DNA of 64,000 nucleotides, from NCBI GenBank assembly GCA_963845755.1, contig CAWJTV010000034.1:704001-768000 (forward strand). Reading direction: 5' to 3'. Origin of the DNA: an uncultured Planctomycetota bacterium (lineage in GTDB: Bacteria; Planctomycetota; Planctomycetia; Isosphaerales; Isosphaeraceae). The position numbers and the translations under genes were made by a program. Shown here one piece after another: positions 32,480-43,617 of the stretch. Each line of letters starts with the position of its first letter. The stretch's first letter is position 1. Under the pieces are notes generated by a model. The model made no database searches and was not told the DNA's origin. It was given only the letters and a program-made list of their open reading frames with translations.

Positions 32480-32544
32480 TCGGCGGACTCATTCCCACAA
32501 GCCATACCGAGGTGACTTCGAATCGATTCTTTTACAGTCCCTCA

Positions 32545-33523
32545 GGTGTTAACTTCCCCGGTATCTGGCGCAGTCTCTTCGACGATAAATGACACGGTCC
32601 GAGAATCTACGACCGACAAAGGACACACAAACCGATTCCACACAACATAACTTCGATAATCGGACGTTCCACGCGGCCACTTCCCGCCCCGTGAAACATC
32701 AGCACCGCTTGCATGCGTGCGCGGCCGCCTTCGCCCTCCGCCGGTCGGAGCACCCACGGCGGATGCGGCCCCCGGAAAATAATTCGGCGCGGCCTGCGGA
32801 TTTTTCCGCCGCGCCAGCGATCTACTTGGTGAGCGGGGGACACGACGGCAGTCGCCGACGTCCGGCGGGCCGATGTCCCCGCGAAGGAAGCGTTCCATCC
32901 TGAAAGGCGGTTTCGCCCCGGTTCGGGGCGAAAACCTCATCGGCGGATGGGCTACCGGAATAGAATCGCTTGCGTTCTCGACTTGACCGGAACCCCGGAG
33001 TCACGACGCGAGGGAGACGCCATGGACACCGACCACTGTCCGAAGTGTGACGCAACGACGGTCGTAGCCGGGCACATGAATCTCGTGTCTGGCGGTGGCA
33101 TCTTTACACCAAAGGGCATGCGATTCTTCGATCTTCGCGGGGGGTTATCGTGGAATATGCCCCCCTGTGGGGACTTCCGAGCGTGCCTTACGTGTGGCCT
33201 CGTTTGGAGCAACCTGAAGCCGGAAAAACTCCGCGAGTACATCGACAACCACGGCACCGCCGAGACCAAGCTCAAGCTGTCGCCCTTCCGGAAAGCCCCT
33301 CCGGAACAAGACCTGGTCTGATCAGATGGTTCGTCCCTGGCGACGTCCGCGACCCGGTCGGACGGTACCTACGTCCGGACCCACGTCGAGGGGTCATCAC
33401 CATGACCCCCCATTCTTGGTGACGTCTCCGACTGGCCCGGTGTGCTTCCCATCCATGATACTGCCATACATGGTGCCAAATAGCTGCGAAGAAACCGCGC
33501 CATTTACCGGGGAACTTAACACC
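32545..33523. mobile_element. 979-bp non-autonomous transposable element (37-bp imperfect TIRs, CTCA target duplication) carrying a cargo gene
   Basis: Left end GGTGTTAACTTCCCCGGTATCTGGCGCAGTCTCTTCG. The reverse complement of the right end is GGTGTTAAGTTCCCCGGTAAATGGCGCGGTTTCTTCG. CTCA lies at 32541-32544 and 33524-33527. Confidence 0.85.
33022..33321 (+). CDS. small Zn-ribbon protein (CPKC...CLTC), cargo of the TIR element
   Basis: GGGAG RBS, ATG and two CxxC pairs; 99 aa. Confidence 0.75.
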   Translation: MDTDHCPKCDATTVVAGHMNLVSGGGIFTPKGMRFFDLRGGLSWNMPPCGDFRACLTCGLVWSNLKPEKLREYIDNHGTAETKLKLSPFRKAPPEQDLV

Positions 33524-33524
33524 C

Positions 33525-34543
33525 TCAGGGCACCGGAATGTGGTCGAGGATCCGCTGGAGGAGATCGTCCGGCGTGAGGCCCTCGGCGTCGGCCTCGTAG
33601 CTGACGAGGATGCGGTGGCGCATGATGTCGCGGGCGAGACTCTTGACGTCGTGGGGCGTTACGAAGTCACGGCCGGCCAGGAGGGCGTGGCCGCGCGAGG
33701 CGCGGACCAGCGCGATGGTCGCGCGCGGGCTGGCGCCCAGCTCCAGCAACGGCGCCAGGGGCAAGCCGTAGGCGGCGGGTTCGCGGGTCGCGCAGGACCA
33801 GGTCGAACGATGTATTCCTTGATCGCCGGCGCGATCCGGATCGAGGCGGCCAGGCTGCGGAACGCCGTCACGTCCTGGGGACCATAGAGGGGCGGTTCCT
33901 CCAGGCCCATCGAGTCGGGATCGCCGTGGAGACTCTCGGAGACGCTCGGGAGCTCGAGCATCGCCAACTCCGCATCGCGGGCCGGATAGCCGACGACCAG
34001 TTTCATCAGGAACCGATCGAGCTGCGCCTCGGGGAGCGGGTAAGTCCCTTCGTGCTCGATCGGGTTCTGGGTCGCCAGCACCCAGAAGGTCGAGGGCAAA
34101 GTGATCGTCTCGTCGCCGACGGTGATCTGGCCTTCCTGCATGGCTTCCAGCAGGGCACTCTGCACCTTGGCCGGCGCACGGTTGATCTCATCGGCCAAAA
34201 GGACGCTCGTGACGATCGGGCCGGGGCGGACGTCGAACGTCCCGGTCGCCGGACGGTAGATCTGGGTCCCTGTGAGGTCCGCGGGGAGGAGATCGGGCGT
34301 GAACTGGATCCGGCGGAACGCGAGGTCGAGCGCCCGGGCCAGGGCCCGCACGGCGCGGGTCTTGGCGAGGCCGGGCACGCCCTCGATCAGGACGTGACCA
34401 CCGGCAAGCAAGGCGATGACCAGCCGTTCGAGTAGCGTGCGCTGCCCGACGACCAAGCCTTCAATCCGATCGATGAGGCGGAGCAACCCCTCCTGCGCCG
34501 CGTCGATCGCGGCGGGAGGACGGGCAGGATCGTCGATGGACAT
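33525..34543 (-). CDS. MoxR-family AAA+ ATPase (frameshift ~33790)
   Basis: EGVPGLAKT, RIQFTPDLLPAD, DEINRAPAKVQSALLEAM, ATQNPIE and GASPRA. Confidence 0.93.
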
Positions 34544-34721
34544 CAAACCTGAAGATCCCCCTCGTCCTCACGTCGCGATCGATCCGCCACGAGATCTTCC
34601 GGTCCCTCTCCAGGAGTGCAAGGTCGCATTCCTGCGGGCCGCCGCAGGGTTGTCAAAATCGATCGGGTTCAGGTCGAAACTCATCGAGCCAGGCTGGAAT
34701 CGAATGAAGAGTGTGGGGCCT

Positions 34722-35572
34722 TTACCCGTTCTTTTCCGCACGACGGCGTTCCATCAACCGTCTCAGGATATCTCCCGCGGCGTCGCTGGTGTCCTTGAAG
34801 GACGGCTTTGCGGGACCGGCCTTGGCCTGTTGCTGCTGAGCCTTCTTGGCCGCATAGAAGGGGTTGGACTCGTCGATGAATTCCTCGGGAGCCTGCTCGC
34901 CGTCTTCGTCTTCGTCTTCGTCTCCGTCTGCGTCTTCCTCCTCCTCGCTGTCGTCCGCGTTGAGGAGATCGTCGGCGGTTTCCACCTCGTCGTCGTCGGT
35001 TTCCTCCTCTTGCACGGCCTGACGCTCGTACTCGTCATCGCTGGCGGATGGAGGGGGGGTGGCGCCTTCGGGGTCGAGCTACCGCCATCCTTGAAGGCCG
35101 TGATCGTGATCGTATCGCCTCCGTACACGGCCGTCGGCTGATCGGCCGAAACCCCGGCGCCTTCGCCGAACAACCACGAATCGATCTCGTCGCCCGAGAC
35201 GTCGTCGGGTGAAGCCTTGGCCTGCGCCGCGGGTGCCGCGGGCTTCGCGGCCGCGACCTTGGCCGCGGGTGCCGGGATATCCGAGATCCCGACCGCGAAC
35301 GTCAAGGGCCCCACCTGCACCAGGTCCTGATCCTTGAGGCGACACTCATCGGTCAGGGCCTTTCCATTGACCAGGGTGCCGTTGCGGCTCCCCAGGTCGC
35401 GAACCAGCACGGTATCCGCGCTGATGGTGAACTCCGCATGCTCGCGACTGACCTGCTCGCTATTCGGCCGGAGGTGACAGGTCTCGCCCCGGCCGATCTT
35501 GAAGCTCGGTCCGACCAGGGGAATCACTTTCCCCTCAGGTTTGCCTCGAACGACCACCAGTTGTACTTTCAT
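34722..35572 (-). CDS. FHA domain protein with acidic C-terminal tail (frameshift ~35050)
   Basis: IGR, VSREHA and DLGSRNGTLVNG motifs, followed by an Asp/Glu-rich tail. Confidence 0.88.
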
Positions 35573-36036
35573 GAAAAACCGTCCCGACCCCCGGGGTCTT
35601 CAACGACTAAGATCCGCATCCACACGAACCAGGTCTCGAACCTCCCACCCGGTTATCCGGATTCGATTCCACCGACCGCATCATCTCGGCCGGACAACCC
35701 GTTTGCATTCCAAGGTCCGCCGTCATCCTCACAATCGCCCGGCTCACCGTGGAAGCCGGATATCATGAAGACATCAGGGACCCCTGGCGCAGAATGACAC
35801 CTCCTCCCGTTCCTCGATTGTGTCATGGCGGACTGCAGCGAACCGAGCTGACGTGGGACGATCAGAGCCGAGCGAGCAAGGCCTGCTCTCTCCAACGAAC
35901 ACCTTCATTGTAGCCTATTGTTTCGGAGATCCAAGATCCTAACTCAAGCTCCAGTCGATTCGATAGTCATCTCAGGTCGACATCGGACTTTTTTTCGACC
36001 CAAGGTTCGCCCCGGCACTACGGATTCCGGGACCGG

Positions 36037-36793
36037 CTAGCGCGCCCCGGTCCAACTCGCCGTGCGATATATGGCCCACTCCAGTTCAGACGCCCGCGTC
36101 CGAATCTCGGTCGAGACGGCGACTGTCTCCGATCCCAGACCCAGTGCAATGGGTATCGACTCCCTCAATCGCCCGGCCCACTCGTCGCACGATCGAGGCA
36201 CCTCCGCCAGATCGTGGCAACCGCGGAGCTCCGTCGCCGGCGGCGAACCGGCCAGAAGGATCGAACCCTGTTGCAGGATCGCCCCACGTCGGCGGCGCTG
36301 TGCGCCTACCAACCAGTTTAAACCCCTGATAGACGAGATCCTCTGGATCAAGATCGGCGAAACAGAGAAGGGGTCGCACGCCGCCCTCCGTCGGCTCCGG
36401 GTCCACCTCGGCCCGCCGATCGACGAGTACACCCAACTCGCCCAGCACCCTCGCGATCGCTCCATGGACAGCCCGATACACCGCTGTATGGGGACGTGTC
36501 GATGGATGGGTGGCCGGTAGGATGAGGGCATAGGTCAGTTCGTGATGATGCCAGATCGCCCCACCCCCTGTCAATCGCCTGACGATCGGGACCGATCGCC
36601 AGCGCGGATCGCTCCGGACCAAGGCCAGTTGCTGGAAGTAGCCGAGACTGAGCGTGGGAACCGTCCAGGTGTAAGTGCGCAGATAGGCCGCTCCGCCATG
36701 CGCCGCGACCGCATCAAGCAGCGCCTCGTCCAGTGCCATGTTCGCCGGGCCATCGGCGGCCTCGTGGGGAAAGACTCGACAAAGAGGACTCAT
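36037..36793 (-). CDS. lipoate-protein ligase/octanoyltransferase family protein (frameshift ~36300)
   Basis: NMALDEALL, TLSLGYFQ, VRRLTGGGAIWH and KLVG.AQRR. Confidence 0.88.
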
Positions 36794-37009
36794 GGAGATT
36801 TCCGTGGCCGGTCAGCCGATGCGCCATCCGGATCCGTCGGCGGCCGTCTCGCCGATCGGGCGCCGGGCGATCGCCACCTGACATGTCCCGAGCCGAGCGC
36901 GGCAAGGGAGGCTCGCAACTTCCGGAGACAACCGCGATAATCCGTCATTTCAATGGACACGCCAGGGCTGGACAAGACCCCGATCCTTCGAATTCCCGTG
37001 GAGCACGTG

Positions 37010-38337
37010 ATGACGACGTCCGAGAATTTGTTCGCGGACAGCGCGCCGAAGAAGGGCCCGCGGTCCAGGAGGAGCCCGAGAGCCGGCCCGGTGGCATTCC
37101 TCTTTATGTCTGGGTCATCGCCGCAGTCCTGGTCGCGATCCCGGTGGGAATGGTCTGGGGCGAAGGCGCAAACCGCCTGAAACTGCTCTCCGACCTGATC
37201 CTCCGAGCCCTGACGGCCCTGGCGGCTCCGCTGGTCGTGCTCGCCATCTTGAGCGCGATCGTCACCAATGAGATCAAGGGGCGGCTGGGAGCCCTCATGA
37301 TGGGTTTTTACCTCATCAATACGCTCATCGCCATGATCATCGGCTTGAGTTTGACGAACCTGATCCGACCGGGAATCGGCGCTTCGCTGAGCGGTCCGGG
37401 TCCCGCGGGCCCACCTCCGGTGCAGAAATCGATCCCCGACCTGATCCTGGACCTCATCCCGCGCAGCATCGGCGAGCCGTTCACGCAGAATCACCTCGCC
37501 CAGCTCGTCTTGCTGACGCTGGCACTGGGGATCGGACTTGTAAAGATTCGTGAAGGCCAAAAGGCGCGAGGCGAGAGGTCGTTCCAGGTGGTCGTCGACC
37601 TCCTCACGATCGGATTCGAGCTGTTAATGAAGGTCTTGCTCTGGGTGGTCGCTCTGGTGCCGCTGGCGGTCTTCGGCGTCGTGGCCTCGAGCGTCGGTCA
37701 TCAGGAAGGAATGAAGGTATTCGCCGCGCTGATCCGTCTGATCGCGGTAGTCGCGATGGGTCTGACGATCCAGGTGTCCTGGTACTTGCTCCAGATGGCG
37801 GTGTTTGCGCGGATGTCGCCCGTACGGTTCCTCCGCGGCGCACTGGACGTCATGGCCAACACATTCAGCACAGCCAGCACGGCCGCGACGATCCCGATTA
37901 CCCTCCGATCGCTCGAGCGGCTCGGGATCTCGCGGCGGTCGAGCCAGTTGACCGCCTGCATCGGTACGAACTTCAACAACGACGGGACCGCCCTTTACCA
38001 GGCGACGGCCGTGCTCTTCATCGCCCAGGCGCTCGGGTTCGATCTGAGCCTGATGGACCAGATCTTGATCGTGCTGACGACCTTGATCGCCAGTGTCGGG
38101 GCCGGCGGCATCCCCTCCGGCAGCTTCGTCACGATGCCGCTGATCTTCGCGGCGGTCCGGATGCCCGTCGACAAGATCCCAATCCTGCTGACGGTCGATT
38201 GGCTGCTCGACCGGCTCCGGACCACGTCGAACGTGCTGGGAGACATGACCGTAGCCGTCCTGCTCGACCGGGTCGCGCCGCCGGAACGCGACACTCCTGG
38301 AGTTGTCGCGGAGGTTGCGAGCGAGGACAATCAATAG
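37010..38337 (+). CDS. dicarboxylate/amino acid:cation symporter (DAACS; probable frameshift near the N-terminus)
   Basis: FSTASTAATIP, GTNFNNDGTALY, GAGGIP and DWLLDRLRTTSNVLGD. Confidence 0.92.
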
Positions 38338-38496
38338 ATGAGGCGAAAAGAAAGGATCTCGGAGCCGTTCTCGTGTGACGCAAAGATGACGAATCCGGGC
38401 GTTTCCGCTAGACTGGCAGGAGTACCGGCGGTGGCGCTGAATTGCGGATGGCTGGGCCATGGGGTGAGTGGAATCCGGACAGAAGGGCGAGTGACG

Positions 38497-38721
38497 ATGG
38501 TAACCATCACGTTTCCCGATCGCGCGACCGAAAAGCGGGCGCTCGCTTTCCTTCTCGGGCGATTCTCCGGGCGGATCCTCAGATCCGGCGAGCATCTGGT
38601 GCCCGAAGCGGCCCTGGAAGCGCTCGCCGACCAGGATATCCCATTCGCCGTGCGAGGAAAGGCGACGTATGAGCAGCAGTTGGCGGCGTTTCGAGGTGCT
38701 GCTGCCCCTCCGATTCAATGA
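38497..38721 (+). CDS. small hypothetical protein (possible antitoxin)
   Basis: 74-aa ORF that overlaps the next gene. Confidence 0.55.
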   Translation: MVTITFPDRATEKRALAFLLGRFSGRILRSGEHLVPEAALEALADQDIPFAVRGKATYEQQLAAFRGAAAPPIQ

Positions 38722-38989
38722 TGGGCGTGATGTACCTCCTGATTGGCTCGCCGAGGCCGTCCTTGGGGTCGTCAACCACTTCGGCGCCGCCAGCTATGAA
38801 ACGCAGAAGCTCGAAGGCCATTGGCGACATGCGGGCGTTCTCTATCGAGATGATCTCGTGCGAATCGTCATCGACGCACCCGACCTGACTAAGAATCGGC
38901 AGTGGATGAAGCGGTTCAAAAAACGGTGGAAGGACCGGCTTGACCAGCTCGAACTCTGGGTGGTGAGCTATAGGATCGACTTCGAGTGA
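38669..38989 (+). CDS. small hypothetical protein
   Basis: 106-aa globular-looking ORF (RFEVLLPLRFNDG...G.W...G..YRD). Confidence 0.7.
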   Translation: MSSSWRRFEVLLPLRFNDGRDVPPDWLAEAVLGVVNHFGAASYETQKLEGHWRHAGVLYRDDLVRIVIDAPDLTKNRQWMKRFKKRWKDRLDQLELWVVSYRIDFE

Positions 38990-39049
38990 GATCTGGCTGA
39001 TTTTCTGGCACTGCTGGTCGCCGCGCACCTCTCCGACCGGCGCTGAGGT

Positions 39050-40024
39050 TCAGATCTGATAGTTGATCCGCCTGGCATAATCGGCATCCGAGAGGCCGTC
39101 ATTGCTCTCGCGATACCGGAGCCGGGGATCTTCGATGGTCACGGTCGTATAGGGTGCGATACTGCGAGTGATCCATGCCGAGGAGCCGATCACGGAGTGG
39201 TGGCCGATGACGGTCTTCCCGCCCAGGATCGTCGCGTTGGCATAGATGACCACTTCATCCTCGATGGTCGGATGTCGCTTGGCATCGCGTAGGATCTGGC
39301 CGGTCTCGTCGCGGGGGAAGCTGAGGGCGCCCAGCGTCACGCCCTGATAGAGCTTCACGCCGTCGCCGATCTCGGTCGTCTGACCGACGACGACGCCCGT
39401 GCCATGGTCGATGAAGAACCGCCGGCCAATCGTGGCACCCGGATGGATGTCGATGCCGGTCTTTCCCTTGGCGTACTCGGTCATCATCCTCGGGATCAGC
39501 GGCACGCCCAGGCGGAGTAGCTCGTGGGCCATCCGGTAGACCGTGACCGCAGCGACGCCCGGGTAACAGAAGACGATCTCCACCAGGCTCTTGGCGGCGG
39601 GGTCGCCGTCATAGGCGGCCTGTACATCCTCCGCGAGCGTGTGCCGCAGCTCGGGGATCGTGTCGAGGAAACGGACCACGATCTCGTGCGCCCGGGACTC
39701 ATAGTCGGTTTCGAGATCGGGCGCGTTGCACTCGTGCCGGAACGCGCGGGCGATCTGCTGGCTCAGACGAGCGTGCAGGCTATCGATGAGATCGCCCACA
39801 TGGTAGGCGACGTTCCCCAGATGCAGGTTCTGCCGGCGGCCGTAGCCGGGATACAGGATCTCCCTCAAGTCCGCCAGGATGTCGACGACTTCGCGATAGC
39901 TAGGCAAGGGGGAGTGGCCGAGGTGATGAATCGCGCCGCACTCTTCGTAAGTCTCGACGATCCGCCGCGTGATCTCCGGGAGCGTTTGTTTCAATTCATG
40001 CTGTTCAGGAAGCAGCGCATCCAT
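39050..40024 (-). CDS. cysE: serine O-acetyltransferase (CysE/EpsC type)
   Basis: [40 protein letters not shown] and KRHPT. Confidence 0.93.
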   Translation of the reverse strand: MDALLPEQHELKQTLPEITRRIVETYEECGAIHHLGHSPLPSYREVVDILADLREILYPGYGRRQNLHLGNVAYHVGDLIDSLHARLSQQIARAFRHECNAPDLETDYESRAHEIVVRFLDTIPELRHTLAEDVQAAYDGDPAAKSLVEIVFCYPGVAAVTVYRMAHELLRLGVPLIPRMMTEYAKGKTGIDIHPGATIGRRFFIDHGTGVVVGQTTEIGDGVKLYQGVTLGALSFPRDETGQILRDAKRHPTIEDEVVIYANATILGGKTVIGHHSVIGSSAWITRSIAPYTTVTIEDPRLRYRESNDGLSDADYARRINYQI

Positions 40025-40328
40025 AGAGTCGTCCTCCGTAGGATCCCGGCGCCGTGCGCGCCTCTGGGGATTCCGAATTCCGGATTCGCGATTCCGGATT
40101 CCCGGATCATTCCCCTTCGGGAATCCGGAATCGCGAATCGGGAATCCCGATTGGGTTGCGGCCGAAGGCCGCGTTAGAGTCGTCCTCCGTAGGATCCCGA
40201 CGCCGTGCGCGCCTCTGGGGATTCCGAATTCCGGATTCGCGATTCCGGATTCCCGGATCCTTCCCCTTCGGGAATCCGGAATCGCGAATCAGGAATCCCG
40301 ATTGGGTTGCGGCCGAAGGCCGCGTTAG
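40024..40328 (+). mobile_element. two tandem copies of the 151-bp element (copies 3 and 4)
   Basis: TAG junctions at 40024, 40175 and 40326 give an exact 151-bp period, and the units are near-identical. Confidence 0.92.
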
Positions 40329-40374
40329 GAATTCCTCCCTTATTTCTTCATTGGACTATGCAACCGGTCTGGTT

Positions 40375-41151
40375 TCAAGGGGACGACGTGTCCTGGAGCA
40401 TCCGCCAGCGTTCGACGAACCGTCGGTAGTCCTCGGGCGTGTCGATGCCAATGCTGGGCTCGTCAACGAGGCCGACGGCGATCGGGTAGCCGGCATCGAG
40501 GACACGGAGCTGCTCGAGCTTCTCGGAGGATTCCAGCGGGGAAGGGGGGAGGGTGGCGAGCGCCAGGAGGAATTCGCGGCGATAGGCATAGAGTCCCAGG
40601 TGGAGAAAAGCGACTGGTGTCGCGGCCGACGCGGGGTCGGGCAGGCCGTCGCGGTGACAGGGGATCGGGCTGCGGGAGAAGTAGAGGGCGCGTCCGCGTC
40701 GGGAGCAGACGACCTTGACGCACGACGGATCGCGGTAGGTCGACTCGGCTCGGATCGGAGTTGCCAGCGTCGCCATGGGGGCGTCGGGGTCGGCTTCGAG
40801 CAAGGCAACCACCTGGTCGAGCGCAGCACCGGAGACCTCGGGCTCGTCGCCTTGCAGATTGACGATGATGCGCGTCCCTTCGAGGTTCGCGGCCACTTCG
40901 GCCACGCGGTCGGTGCCGGTTGCATGATCGGCGCGGGTCATCGCGACCTCGCCGCCGAAGGCAGTGACCGCCTCGGCGATGCGGCGGTCGTCGGTGGCGA
41001 CGATGATACGTCCCAGCGATCGTGCCTGTTGCGCGGCCTCGACGACGTGCTGGATCAACGGCCGCCCGGTGGCGGATAAAAGGGGTTTGCCGGGGAGTCG
41101 GGTCGAAGCGAAACGAGCCGGAATGACACCGACGATTTCCGTGTTTCCCAA
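40375..41151 (-). CDS. kdsB: 3-deoxy-manno-octulosonate cytidylyltransferase
   Basis: IPARFASTRLPGKPL, TGTDR, NLQGDEP, LYFSRSPIP and EKLEQLR. Confidence 0.96.
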   Translation of the reverse strand: MGNTEIVGVIPARFASTRLPGKPLLSATGRPLIQHVVEAAQQARSLGRIIVATDDRRIAEAVTAFGGEVAMTRADHATGTDRVAEVAANLEGTRIIVNLQGDEPEVSGAALDQVVALLEADPDAPMATLATPIRAESTYRDPSCVKVVCSRRGRALYFSRSPIPCHRDGLPDPASAATPVAFLHLGLYAYRREFLLALATLPPSPLESSEKLEQLRVLDAGYPIAVGLVDEPSIGIDTPEDYRRFVERWRMLQDTSSP

Positions 41152-41797
41152 GAATATCTCCCGTGAAACGGTCCGATACTAGGGGCACTGATCGAGACTC
41201 AGCCTCGACCAGCCCGCGGACACGGCGCCTTTACTCTAGGTCGTCTCAAGATGGGACACAAGACCGAGTCGAGGCCCGCGGTTCCGGCTCGATCGGCCGG
41301 CGGCGCCCTGGTGGCGTTCGCCCGCCTTCGGGAGACCGGTGCGATCGGAGCCGCATCGGTAAGGGCAGGGCCTTCGGGCCTGTCGCCCCATGGATCGGCC
41401 GGAATGATTCCGACCGGTCTGCCACAGGAGGTCCAGTCCGAATCGTCGTCCTCGGGACTCGAGACGCGGACGGTCGTCGTCCGCAGGGAGCCCCGCCCGG
41501 ATTTCGATTCTCTGCGCCCGGGCCGTGGGTCCGCAGGCGTGGGGGGAGTTTACGCAAGAATGTGATCAATCTTGGGATGCGACCGTAAGCCATCAGGTGG
41601 TCCGTCTCTACCAACCTTTGCTTGCGCCTCTGAATGGTCCGCCCCGATCGACGATCGTGGCGGGTCTCCGTGTCCGGATCCGGGGCCGAACTGAGTCAGC
41701 CGCAACCCCGGGCACGCCAAGGACGGAGAGCGTTCACAACCGATTCGCGAGGCGGCCTGAGCCAATGGTTTGGCGGCCGTCCAGGGAGACACGATTC

Positions 41798-43336
41798 ATG
41801 GGATGGACCGTACACCAAAGCCGCCGGCGCTGCCGCCTTCGTCATCGGCCTCGCATCGAATCTCTCGATGATCGGTGTCTCCTCTCGGCGGGCCTGGGAA
41901 CCCACCCCATGGGGGTTGTCGCGGAAATCCGCCACCAACACGCCGGCCTGGTCCGGTCGGGACACGACGCGGCATCGCATGGAAGGGGGGCCCATCTCGT
42001 GGTCCGTTATCATGCCAACGTCGCGAAGGAGCGCGAGCGGCCGGCCGGTACGCTCATCACCGGTTCGGCCACGGCCTACGACCCAATCATCGGCGCCTCG
42101 CAGGTCCGATCCCAGTACAATGTCGACGGGACCGGCATGACCGTCGCGGTCATCGACACCGGCGTCGATTACAACAACTCGGCCCTGGGCGGCTCCTTCG
42201 GCCCCGGATCCAAGGTGATCGCTGGCTACGATTTCGCCGACAACTCCGCCAATCCCATGGCCACGAGCTCGCAGCACGGGACCGCCGTCGCGGGTCTTAT
42301 CGGCTCCGACAATCCCGGCGATCTGGGCGTCGCGCCGGGGGTGGACATCGTCGCGCTCCGCGTCACGGACAGCACCAACACCGCGAGCCTGACCTCCGTC
42401 GCCAACGCCCTGCAATGGGTGATCAATAATCACGCGCAGTACAACATCACCGCGGTCAACATGTCGCTATCCGACGGGAACAATTACGCGCAGAACTGGT
42501 TCGCCACGGGCGGCGGCGAGGCGACGGTGGTCACCAACCTGATCGGTCAGCTCACCGCGATGAACATCCCCGTGGTCGCGGCGACGGGGAACAACTTCAA
42601 CGGTGAACAAGGAGAGGGTTTCGCGGCAATCGTGGCCAACACGATCAGCGTGACGGCGACGGACCTGTCCGGCCAACTCCTCCAGAACGCACAGCGTCTC
42701 GGGTCGTCGATCGGCGGCGCCTCGTCCACCACGGTCGCCGCGCCGGGCGAGGGGCTCACGGCCCCGTCGGGCGACTCCGGCTCCTCCACGGTTGAAGGAA
42801 CGAGTTTTGCCACGCCGCTGGTCACCGGGTCTGTGGTCCTGCTCCAGCAGATCTACGAGTCCCGTTTCGGATCGCTCCCCAGCGTCTCGCAGCTCAAGTC
42901 GTGGATCCAGCAGGGTTCCGACCCGATCAATGATCCGGTCACCGGCATCACGATCGGACAGCTCGATATTCCCAAGGCGGCGGCCCTGATCCCGCAGGCG
43001 ACGAGGGCGCCCGCTCCGGCACCGGCCCCCGCCACGCCGGCACCGGTCACCTCGACCTATGGGTTCTCGACCTCGACGGCCAGTAGCCCGGTCTCTCCCT
43101 CGACCGTGTCCACCGCGACGGCCACCACGCCGGCGACGACTGTCACCGCACCACCGGTGGTGACCGTGGCGACGACGCACCCGACGACAGCGAGCAGCCA
43201 GGTGCTCGGCAATAACAGTGGCAGCACGGTGGGATCGAACAGCACCGTGAATCAGCCCCTGGTCGCCGACTCGGTCCTCGAGACGTTGTTGAAGTCCATG
43301 AGCGTCTGGGCCGCCTCGTCCGCATCGCGGACTTGA
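41798..43336 (+). CDS. S8 subtilisin-like serine protease with planctomycete LEPR-xLL-type N-terminus and Thr/Ser/Pro-rich tail
   Basis: ESLDDRCLLS, plus the catalytic triad VIDTG, HGTAVAG and GTSFATP. Confidence 0.9.
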   Translation: MGWTVHQSRRRCRLRHRPRIESLDDRCLLSAGLGTHPMGVVAEIRHQHAGLVRSGHDAASHGRGAHLVVRYHANVAKERERPAGTLITGSATAYDPIIGASQVRSQYNVDGTGMTVAVIDTGVDYNNSALGGSFGPGSKVIAGYDFADNSANPMATSSQHGTAVAGLIGSDNPGDLGVAPGVDIVALRVTDSTNTASLTSVANALQWVINNHAQYNITAVNMSLSDGNNYAQNWFATGGGEATVVTNLIGQLTAMNIPVVAATGNNFNGEQGEGFAAIVANTISVTATDLSGQLLQNAQRLGSSIGGASSTTVAAPGEGLTAPSGDSGSSTVEGTSFATPLVTGSVVLLQQIYESRFGSLPSVSQLKSWIQQGSDPINDPVTGITIGQLDIPKAAALIPQATRAPAPAPAPATPAPVTSTYGFSTSTASSPVSPSTVSTATATTPATTVTAPPVVTVATTHPTTASSQVLGNNSGSTVGSNSTVNQPLVADSVLETLLKSMSVWAASSASRT

Positions 43337-43617
43337 TCGCGACTGTCCATCCCGGGAGTCGCTTGTCGGACCAGGCCGCAGGGGGTGACGAGACCGGCCG
43401 CGAGGGCGAACCGCCTTCGCGGCCGGTTCCGTTTCGAATCCCGATCGTGAAGAACTCGACTCGTCCGGATCGCCGGGCCGGGCCCGGTCGTCGGCCGATG
43501 CTCGCCTCGGTTGGACCGTCGCCGTAGAATACGGGAGTGGTCGCCGGATCCTCTCGGAGCGGCCGACTTGGCCGTCGGGCTCACCGCGATCGACGTTTGC
43601 ACCAGGAGGAGACAGCC

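Noticed and set aside
40024..40328. 151-bp units as integron attC sites (GTTAG ends)
   Set aside because: There is no RYYYAAC inverse core, no cassette ORFs between units and no integrase.
39969..40429. ORFs with [12 protein letters not shown] repeats (also 8080-8538, 19269-19812)
   Set aside because: These are translations of the heptamer-rich 151-bp element.
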